Shown here in pieces: positions 7,945 through 16,064 of a stretch of DNA of 64,000 nucleotides (its first letter is position 1; each line of letters begins with the position of its first letter). Below the pieces are notes generated by a model that ran no database searches, was not told the origin of the DNA, and was given only the letters and a program-made list of their open reading frames with translations. This DNA is from Clostridia bacterium (GTDB lineage Bacteria; Bacillota; Clostridia; UBA1212; UBA1255). Both the position numbers and the translations under genes were made by a program. The DNA is taken from assembly GCA_016287565.1 (NCBI GenBank), contig JAEFAM010000001.1:137344-201343 (forward strand). Reading direction: 5' to 3'.

Positions 7945-10900
7945 ATGGGCAGGAAACTCATTTCGTTCATTCTTGCATTACTGATATGCGTGAATATAAT
8001 GCCGGCGGGAGTCAACGCAGGTGACGGAGACGCACCCGGCGCGGGTACAGGAAATGTCCCAGATACAGGCACCTCGGGCGCAGGCAACACTTCCGTGATT
8101 AAAAACGGAGGCGAAGATATTTCAGTTGGCGACGCAAAGGCCGGAAGCTACGTCATACATTTTTACCCGCTGGGCGAGGGCGCTGCCGACTATTACGACA
8201 TGGTTGCCACGGTGTGGGACGCGGACGGCAACTCGATCGGCAGGTTCCCGATGGGCGCTTACGGTCTTGATTTGTGGGAGCCCAAGAAGGTCGACGCGTT
8301 TTTTGACGTTGACCCCGCGACGATAAAGATCAAGTGTATGTATAAGCCGGAAGGCGCGGAGACGTACGAGGAGATCACGTTCGAGCATGATTTTGAGGAG
8401 TTCTGCTACGACAGGATCGCGAGCGGCGAACTTCACGTTGTCCAGAACGAAACGGTGGATTTCTGCAAATATACGATTGAGTGCGTCAAACACGACGACG
8501 GGACACTGCCTGGAGTTTTATACGTTGACGCGGACGGTAATCCCCACTACCAGCCGAAATGCTACGGCTTGTCCAACCACGGGTTCACGAACATTCTGAC
8601 CGACTCCAACGAGGAATACGAAAACGACGGCTGGTACAGCCTGCGCGCGGACTACACCGGCGAGAACGGGTACAACGTTCCGATTTACGTAAACGGCGAC
8701 GTAAATCTCGTTCTGTGCGATGGTTCGGCCCTTGAGTCGAGTACGTTCATGCTGATGGATGGTTCGTCGCTCACGATCTGGCAGCAGAGAGAGGGCACGG
8801 GCAAGCTCACGATCGTCGGAGAAAAGGTAACCGGCATCGGGACGTCGAACCAGTACTATCCGGGGATCCAGGTTGAGACCGGCTCGAGCCTGACCATCAA
8901 CGGCGGTATTATCGACGTGACCGGACAGGATTACTGTGCGGGCATCGGAGGCAGATATGAGCATGGAAGCGGAGCCATTACGATCAACGCGGGAACGGTC
9001 ACCGTGAAAGGCGGCACGACTCACAACTCGACCAGCTGGACAGGCGGAGCTGCGATAGGCGGAGGCGGCCATGGCTCAAACGGCCCGATCGTTATTAACG
9101 GCGGAACGGTTACCGCGAAACCGGGTGCCCTGAGCTACGGCGCCGCTATAGGCAGCGGAGATGAAGCGGACGGCGGTCCGATCACCATCAACGGGGGAAC
9201 TGTAATAACGGATGCGACCATTGGCGCAGGTTCTCACAGCAAAAGCGGAGCAGTTACGATCAACGGCGGAACGGTGGAGGTTGACTCAAAAAGCATCGGC
9301 ATCGGCGGTTCCACGAACGGGCCGATAACCATCACGGGCGGAACAGTCAGAGTATATACAACGTATGTACGCACCGCTATAGGAGCGTCGGGTAGCCAGG
9401 AGGATCCGATCATCATCAGCGGCGGAACGGTCATTGCGAAATGCTCCTCGTCAGCCGGGGAATACTCGGGACAGGCGGCGGCGATCGGCGGCGGCGGCGG
9501 GGGCCACGCCGGCAGCGCGGGCGTTATCATAATCAGCGGAAAAGATACCAACGTTATCGCGATTTCCGAGGACGGCGCAGGTATCGGCAGCGGAGGCGTG
9601 GGACGCGACATGAACGGACAGCTCATGGGGGATCCTGCAGAATCTGCGGGGGACATAACAATTGAAGACGGATTCGTTTTCGCGATGTCCACAAAATCCG
9701 GCGCGGGTATCGGCGGCGGCAACGGCTGCAACGGCGGAAAGGTCACTATAAACGGCGGGTACGTTATCGCTTACGGCGGTTCGTCAGCCTACAACTGGTA
9801 CACGGACGGCGCCCAGGACACTGCGGGAAGCGGAACGCCCGGAGCGAGCGACGACCCGATTAACGCGTACATGGAGTCGTTTCTTTACGATCTGATCGCG
9901 GACGCGATCCTCGATCTCATTTTCTCGAATACGTACAGCGCGGCGGGAATCGGCGGCGGCAGCGGCGGAACGGGCGGAACCGTTAACGTAAACGGCGGTA
10001 TCGTCGTGGCGAGAGGCGGCACGAACGAGTGCAGCGCCATCGGCTGGGGCAAAGACGCTTCGACCGTTGCGCTGAGCATCTATAACGGCGCCAAGGTGAC
10101 CTACGGCCACTGGAACGACGGCAACGACAATATCAATATTGACGGCTGGACCACCGGCAACGACAAGGCGCAGAAGGCGCGCGACAACGCTTACGCGAAG
10201 ATCGAGCCCGGCCCGCTTACGGTTAGATTCGACGTGGGCGCACACGGCACGCCGCCGGAGACCCAGGTCGTCACAATGGGCCAGACGGCAACGAGACCCG
10301 ATGATCCTTCGGAGGAAGGGTTCATTTTCGGCGACTGGTACAAGACCAACGCGTTTGACGAGCTTTTCGATTTTGAAGAGCCGATCATGACGAACACGGT
10401 GGTCTACGGCAGATGGCTGACCGCTTTTGATCTAACAGTTAAAAAGATATGGCCTGAGGGTGCGGAGCAGGAGCTTCCCGCTTCGGTTACGGTTAATTAC
10501 ACGAATAAAATCTCGGAGGAGAAGACCGAGACAGGCGCTCTTACGCTGACGGCTGAAAACGGCTGGACGGCGAATATAACGCTCTCGGAGATCAGTATTC
10601 TGACGCTTACAGAGGAGCACGCGGAGGGTTTCGTGGCGGACGGGTGGACGCTCACGTGCGGTTTGGAGTCGCGCGACGTCACGGGTCCGGAAGGCGCTCA
10701 AGGCGGCGGAAAGGGAACGGCGGTGCTCAACCTTCGCGACGCTTCGGCGCTGAATCTTTCCGCGGAGACGCTTGCCGCCCTCAGAAACGGCGGCGGCACG
10801 GTCGCATTAAACAATAAAAAGGCGCGCATATATTCCGCAGAAAAGCGGTGGGATATTCCCCAGAACAACTATAAGCCGGCAACGGTCTCAGTTGTGCTGC

Positions 10901-13900
10901 AGCACAAGAACGGCGGTACCTGGGAGACGGTCGAGACCGTCATACTGAGCGAAGAAAAAGGCTGGAAAGCAGACTTTTCGCCGCTCCCCGAAACCGCGGG
11001 AATGGACGCGGACTACCGCGTTCGCGAGCTTGACCAGGATGGCAACCCCGTTCTTGACGCGGCGGACGAAGGCGGGGCGCAGCAACCTACCGTCACTTTC
11101 GGCATTGAGCCCTGGACAGACACTCATATGGATATGAGCTACAAGGTGTCGTACACTGACGGCGTCAGCGGGAAGACCATTATCAAAAACACCGCGGGTG
11201 AGTACTATTACGTAAAAATAATCTGGCAGAGCAATGACGGCGTCATAGACATGCCGGAGACTGTTACGGTGAACCTTTTCAAGACCGGTTCGTTCGTTGA
11301 CTACCTGACGCTGTCCGCCGCAAACAACTGGGAAGGCGTTTTTCAAGGACAGATGGACAGCGCGGATTACAGGGCACGCGAGGAAGATTGCGACGATAAG
11401 ACGGTGTTTGTTTCCGACCTCGACTCTGAGGCGTTCCCGGGCAGCGATTACGACAAGGCGGTTTATATAGTTGAAAAGGACGGAGCGCAGCGGATCTACG
11501 AATTCGACGTTACCGTGGAGGTTTCCGACAGAGGCCGCACCACCGTTATCACCAACACGAAATCGGGTGTCGTGTTCACGGCAAAGAAGGTCTGGAACAC
11601 GCCGGACGACAGCCTGTGGCCTCAGAGGATCTACAGAGTTTCTGCGGTGCTTCAGAAGCGCGTTACGCCGGAAGGCGAAGACGCGGAGCCGATGTGGCAG
11701 GACGTGGAAAGGATCGACCTCGGCGCGGACATCAGGTGGGAAGGCAGATTCCCCTCCGTGCGGATCGGTCAGGATTTTGACGAAGACAACTACCGGGTGC
11801 GCGAATTCATCAAAAACGTCGCTTACGGGTACTCGAACATTAAAATAGACGCGGGCACGGATGATCCGGAAGCAGAAGGAAGGCTGATGCTTTTGCCCGG
11901 CGACAGCGACAACACAGACCGCAAGCCGGCTCATTTCAGCTGCGAATACAGATATATCAACGGCAGTATGAGCGACTACGAGTACTCCTCGGCGGGGTTC
12001 ACGGTGTCGTACGAACGCGACGAAGACGGCACCTTTGTGATTAAGAACACTCAGGACGGTATCGTTACTGTCGAAAAGAAGTGGACAGACAGCGACGGAA
12101 AAGAGATAAAGGACGGAATTCCTGAAAGCGTTAAAGTCGTTCTTCAAAAGAAAGATAACGGCGAGTGGACGACCGTCGGAGAGGCCTCGGTCCTCAATAA
12201 AGAAAACAGCTGGAGGAAGTCCTTTGACCTGACCGGCGAGCTTGATCTGAACGACATTTCGGCGGACCTTGCAAACTACCGCGTGCGCGAACTTGACGAA
12301 GAGGGAAATATCGTTTATGACGCGGACGACTCCGACAAGCCGGAGGACGCAAAAGGGAAGATCTCGTTTAAGGTGAAGACCGGCAAAGACGACGAGACGG
12401 CGGACGTTTATTTCGCAGCGTCCTACAAGACCGGGAGCGCCGGCGGCAGCTACACCGTCACCAACAAGCTCCTGGGCGGCCGCTTCGTTATCGAGAAGGA
12501 ATGGGACGTCGACCTCGAGAAGACCGACTGCCCCGACAGCGTTGAAGCCGTGATCCAGGCGAAGAACGGCGACGAATGGGAGACGGTCAAACTGATCGAA
12601 CTGAAGGGGAAGGAAGAGGAGTCCGGGAATAATTCCGGGGACAGCTCAGGCAACAACTCCGGAGACGGGAACAACTCCGGAGGCAACTCTGAAAGCGACT
12701 CTGAAAACGAAGAATGGAAGACAGTCGTCTACCTCCCGCTCACCAAAAAAACCGACGACGGCAAGACCGTCAAGATCGAGTACCGCGTAAGAGAACTTCG
12801 CGAAGAGACAGCTCTGGACGAGCTTATGGGCCGTCTGAAGGATTTCATCAAGCAGGGCAAGGATAAGTACGATGAGTGGATCGAAACGCTCAAGACCGAC
12901 GGTTCGAAATATTACAACATGCTTCCCGACGCGATCAAAGAGGCGGCGAATCAGGGTTACGAGCAGCTTCTCGACAAGCTGAACGCCACGCCGAACGACC
13001 TTTACGACAAGCTGATGGAAAAGCTTGATGAGGTCACTTCCGGGAACCGCATCGTTTACGATAAGGACGACCCGGAGGTCAAGAAGGAGGACGGTAAAGG
13101 CGGAGACGACGATGACGGCGACGAAGACGAGAAGCCCGAGACGAACGCGGTCAGATTCCACGTCAAAGAGAAGAATTCGGTCGTTTCCGGCGGCTCTGTT
13201 GATGCGCACGTGACCAAATACAGCGTTGAATACAAGGAAGAGGACGGCACGTTCACGATCACGAACAAGGCGATCCTGGATATCGATCTGATCAAGCGCT
13301 GGCTGGCAATTGGCGTGGAGGAAGAGGATATGCCGGAATCCGCGTGGGTGGTGCTGCTTTTCAAGCCTAAAGAGGGCGCCGTTGACAAAGCGGGCGGCAT
13401 TGCATCGTCGGCAGGCGTTGACATCAGCGGTGTGCTCGACTTTGAGTTCCCGGTCATCAATCCGGAGGACGGCGGCAGGGACCCGGTGAGCATCATCAGC
13501 GAGCTGGTGACAGGCATTGACATTAATATTTTCAGCAGCCTCGAGATCGTTCCGAAGCTGGCGATCGACAAGGTCGACGAGGATTCGAACTGGACGAAAA
13601 CGTACACCGTCAGCAAGTACTACTGCGGAATTCCGATGGAATACAAGGGGGCCGAACTCTCGAGCGAGATCATAAGGCAGATCGTGAAGTACCTTACGGA
13701 CGGTGCCATCGACTCGCCGGTGTCCTACAACCCGTTCGATAACTATTTCAGCATTCCCACTCCTGCGATCCGGACGCTGGCGGGCATTACTGACCCGGGC
13801 ACTTTTCTCGACTTCTCGGCGCTCACGGGCAAATTCCTCGAAAAGGCCAAGTCGTTGACAATGGACGACATTAGAAACTTCGGGCCCGAGACGCTTCTCG

Positions 13901-14346
13901 ATGATTGGCACCTGATGGCCAACGTCATCAACGTGAAGATCGACTGGAACACAGATCCCGGTAAGGCGGGGCTTGTCATCAGCAAGATCGTGGAAGGCGA
14001 AACGGCAGGCAGCAACTTCATTTTTGAGATCGAAAAGGTCGGCGGACCAGGTGAGGAAGACGGCGAAGAAAACGAGCAGGCCGAACCGTTCAGGAAGCTC
14101 ACCGTCATCATCCCGGGCAGCGGCTCCGTAAAGATCGCAGACGTCGCCCCCGGAGTTTACCGCGTTACCGAGATCACGAGCTGGAGCTGGAGATACGACG
14201 CGACAAGTGAAGTTTCCGTAGAGGTCACGATCGAAGGCGAAGATGATGTGACGGTCACGTTCACGAACGCTTTGAACGGCAAAAACTGGCTGAATGCGGA
14301 GACGAGAGCTGACAACTTCTTCTGGCCACAAGAACCGGCCGGCTAG
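7945..14346 (+). CDS. Giant secreted cell-surface protein (2133 aa): signal peptide, about 12 parallel beta-helix-type repeats (x-ITINGGTV...GAGIGGG), a Listeria-Bacteroides (Flg_new) repeat, multiple CnaB/SpaA-like prealbumin-fold domains, and acidic low-complexity linkers.
   Basis: Signal peptide MGRKLISFILALLICVNIMPAGVNA. Repeated INGGTV/AAIGGGG units. GFIFGDWYKTNAFDELFDFEEPIMTNTVVYGRW. Several VxKKWxD...YRVRELDxDGN CnaB-like modules. SGNNSGD and D/E-rich stretches. No LPXTG or TM anchor at the C-terminus. Confidence 0.85.
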   Translation: MGRKLISFILALLICVNIMPAGVNAGDGDAPGAGTGNVPDTGTSGAGNTSVIKNGGEDISVGDAKAGSYVIHFYPLGEGAADYYDMVATVWDADGNSIGRFPMGAYGLDLWEPKKVDAFFDVDPATIKIKCMYKPEGAETYEEITFEHDFEEFCYDRIASGELHVVQNETVDFCKYTIECVKHDDGTLPGVLYVDADGNPHYQPKCYGLSNHGFTNILTDSNEEYENDGWYSLRADYTGENGYNVPIYVNGDVNLVLCDGSALESSTFMLMDGSSLTIWQQREGTGKLTIVGEKVTGIGTSNQYYPGIQVETGSSLTINGGIIDVTGQDYCAGIGGRYEHGSGAITINAGTVTVKGGTTHNSTSWTGGAAIGGGGHGSNGPIVINGGTVTAKPGALSYGAAIGSGDEADGGPITINGGTVITDATIGAGSHSKSGAVTINGGTVEVDSKSIGIGGSTNGPITITGGTVRVYTTYVRTAIGASGSQEDPIIISGGTVIAKCSSSAGEYSGQAAAIGGGGGGHAGSAGVIIISGKDTNVIAISEDGAGIGSGGVGRDMNGQLMGDPAESAGDITIEDGFVFAMSTKSGAGIGGGNGCNGGKVTINGGYVIAYGGSSAYNWYTDGAQDTAGSGTPGASDDPINAYMESFLYDLIADAILDLIFSNTYSAAGIGGGSGGTGGTVNVNGGIVVARGGTNECSAIGWGKDASTVALSIYNGAKVTYGHWNDGNDNINIDGWTTGNDKAQKARDNAYAKIEPGPLTVRFDVGAHGTPPETQVVTMGQTATRPDDPSEEGFIFGDWYKTNAFDELFDFEEPIMTNTVVYGRWLTAFDLTVKKIWPEGAEQELPASVTVNYTNKISEEKTETGALTLTAENGWTANITLSEISILTLTEEHAEGFVADGWTLTCGLESRDVTGPEGAQGGGKGTAVLNLRDASALNLSAETLAALRNGGGTVALNNKKARIYSAEKRWDIPQNNYKPATVSVVLQHKNGGTWETVETVILSEEKGWKADFSPLPETAGMDADYRVRELDQDGNPVLDAADEGGAQQPTVTFGIEPWTDTHMDMSYKVSYTDGVSGKTIIKNTAGEYYYVKIIWQSNDGVIDMPETVTVNLFKTGSFVDYLTLSAANNWEGVFQGQMDSADYRAREEDCDDKTVFVSDLDSEAFPGSDYDKAVYIVEKDGAQRIYEFDVTVEVSDRGRTTVITNTKSGVVFTAKKVWNTPDDSLWPQRIYRVSAVLQKRVTPEGEDAEPMWQDVERIDLGADIRWEGRFPSVRIGQDFDEDNYRVREFIKNVAYGYSNIKIDAGTDDPEAEGRLMLLPGDSDNTDRKPAHFSCEYRYINGSMSDYEYSSAGFTVSYERDEDGTFVIKNTQDGIVTVEKKWTDSDGKEIKDGIPESVKVVLQKKDNGEWTTVGEASVLNKENSWRKSFDLTGELDLNDISADLANYRVRELDEEGNIVYDADDSDKPEDAKGKISFKVKTGKDDETADVYFAASYKTGSAGGSYTVTNKLLGGRFVIEKEWDVDLEKTDCPDSVEAVIQAKNGDEWETVKLIELKGKEEESGNNSGDSSGNNSGDGNNSGGNSESDSENEEWKTVVYLPLTKKTDDGKTVKIEYRVRELREETALDELMGRLKDFIKQGKDKYDEWIETLKTDGSKYYNMLPDAIKEAANQGYEQLLDKLNATPNDLYDKLMEKLDEVTSGNRIVYDKDDPEVKKEDGKGGDDDDGDEDEKPETNAVRFHVKEKNSVVSGGSVDAHVTKYSVEYKEEDGTFTITNKAILDIDLIKRWLAIGVEEEDMPESAWVVLLFKPKEGAVDKAGGIASSAGVDISGVLDFEFPVINPEDGGRDPVSIISELVTGIDINIFSSLEIVPKLAIDKVDEDSNWTKTYTVSKYYCGIPMEYKGAELSSEIIRQIVKYLTDGAIDSPVSYNPFDNYFSIPTPAIRTLAGITDPGTFLDFSALTGKFLEKAKSLTMDDIRNFGPETLLDDWHLMANVINVKIDWNTDPGKAGLVISKIVEGETAGSNFIFEIEKVGGPGEEDGEENEQAEPFRKLTVIIPGSGSVKIADVAPGVYRVTEITSWSWRYDATSEVSVEVTIEGEDDVTVTFTNALNGKNWLNAETRADNFFWPQEPAG

Positions 14347-14415
14347 AATAAAACCGCGGGATTCGGAACGCAGTGCGCCGGGACGATCGAACGATCAGGG
14401 ATCGAGGGGATATTA

Positions 14416-14958
14416 ATGATCGACAACGAAACTATGAAGAGCATACTTGCGCGCAGGAGTTACAAGGTGTTCGACGGCAGGCCGATCGACGACGAGGCGC
14501 TGGAGACGATAGTCACGGCGGGGCTGTACGCGCCAACGGGAATGAACCGCCAGCCGTGGCATTTCACGGTCATCAAAAGCAGGGAAGGAATGGAAAAGTT
14601 CGGCGCAGCGCGGCGTTCGCTCCCGTTGCCACCCGGCATTCCGCCTGAAATTGCCGCAAAATTCGGGGATCCGATGCGTAACGCGCCGGTGATGATACTC
14701 GTGTCCGCGAAAGAAGGCAGCACGTCGCTCGAAGATTGCTGCCTTGCCATGGAAAATATGTTCATCGCTGCGGCGTCCCTCGGCATTATGAGCGGCTGGG
14801 ACCACGCGACGGTTAATGACCTATTCAACCACGCTCCCGAGCTGAAAGCCGAAATGATACCGGAGAGCTACACGCTGTACGCGGCGGCCTTCTTCGGCTA
14901 TCCCGGCCAGACGGTCAAGGATCGCGGCGAGCGCAAAGGCACGGTGGAATATAAATGA
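14416..14958 (+). CDS. Nitroreductase family protein.
   Basis: MKSILARRSYKVF...LETIVTAGLYAPTGMNRQPWHFTVI is the classic nitroreductase N-terminus. RBS GAGGGG. Confidence 0.85.
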   Translation: MIDNETMKSILARRSYKVFDGRPIDDEALETIVTAGLYAPTGMNRQPWHFTVIKSREGMEKFGAARRSLPLPPGIPPEIAAKFGDPMRNAPVMILVSAKEGSTSLEDCCLAMENMFIAAASLGIMSGWDHATVNDLFNHAPELKAEMIPESYTLYAAAFFGYPGQTVKDRGERKGTVEYK

Positions 14959-15065
14959 CCCGTTGACCGGGTGGCCGGATGACCCGTCGACCCAATGACT
15001 CGCTGACCGGTTGACCGGTTGAAAACGCTCGACCGATATTTAGCTTATTCCAGGTGGGACCGATC

Positions 15066-15887
15066 ATGAATAATACGTACCCAGATAACAAGAAAAAAAG
15101 ATTGCCCGTGATCATTGCCGCGGCCGCAGCGGTGGTTATTTTGATGATCGCGCTCGCCGTGCTGCTATCCGGTTGCGGCGGCAATACGGACCGGCCGGAT
15201 ACCGCGACCGGGCAGCCGTCAATAAACAAGGGAGATTGTCCCGTCAAAGGCGAATTGAAAGTCGGGAACGTTGTCACGTTCGGCACATTCGAGCAGGACA
15301 ACGACACTTCCAACTGCGCGGAACCCGTCGAGTGGATCGTTCTGGCGGTGAAGAACGGAAAAGCGCTGCTGCTGTCAAAATACGGGCTTGACTGCCAGCC
15401 GTTCAACAAAGATCACGGCTCCACGACGTGGGAAAACTGCTCGCTTCGCGTCTGGCTGAACGACGATTTTATAAACACGGCATTCAGCGATGCGGAAAAA
15501 GCGTGGATCTCCCTGACTTCTCTCGTAAACCCGGACAATCCGGAGGAGGGAACGAGCGGCGGCAACGACACTGCCGACAAGGTATTCATCCTCAGCCTTG
15601 ACGAAGCCGTCAACACTGATTACGGCTTTTCAAGCGATTACGGCACTGCGGACAAGCTCAGGCAGTGCGCTCCGACGGAATATGCGAAAAACCGCAACTG
15701 CCTGCTCGATGACAACGCATCCAGCGAGTATTACGGCAATTGCCGGTGGTGGCTGCGCACCCCGAGCTTCGATTCCGACGTAATAATCGACGTCGCCGCC
15801 TCGGGGATCATCAAAGTCACCGGCGGGTTCAGCATCGGCGGCTCCATGATCGCGGTGCGCCCGGCAATGTGGATCGACGCGGAATGA
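15066..15887 (+). CDS. Hypothetical lipoprotein (DUF-type, Cys- and Trp-rich extracellular domain).
   Basis: Signal and lipobox ...IALAVLLSGCGG. Long ORF with ordinary codon usage. Start chosen at the ATG preceded by GGTGGGA. Confidence 0.65.
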   Translation: MNNTYPDNKKKRLPVIIAAAAAVVILMIALAVLLSGCGGNTDRPDTATGQPSINKGDCPVKGELKVGNVVTFGTFEQDNDTSNCAEPVEWIVLAVKNGKALLLSKYGLDCQPFNKDHGSTTWENCSLRVWLNDDFINTAFSDAEKAWISLTSLVNPDNPEEGTSGGNDTADKVFILSLDEAVNTDYGFSSDYGTADKLRQCAPTEYAKNRNCLLDDNASSEYYGNCRWWLRTPSFDSDVIIDVAASGIIKVTGGFSIGGSMIAVRPAMWIDAE

Positions 15888-16064
15888 TATTAATTATACT
15901 GTTGGCAGCCACCAAAAAGCGTATTGGAAATGTTCAAAGTGCGGGTATATATGGACTGCCGAGATAAAGACAAGAACAAGCGGATGCGGTTGCCCGCGGT
16001 GTGCCGGGAAAGTTAAAGCGCACTAATTGAAACTTTCAGACAATCGAAAAAGGATCGATAACGC

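Noticed and set aside
12646-14331. 561-aa minus-strand ORF, with similar long antisense ORFs at 10888-12147, 24435-26033, 58170-60191, 19031-20014, 21250-22473, 22735-23742 and 48964-49938.
   Set aside because: Each lies entirely antisense to a + strand gene with strong family signatures (giant adhesin, pnp, xylA, GH29 and others). The translations are Arg/Val/Gly-rich low-complexity sequences typical of spurious antisense ORFs in high-GC DNA.
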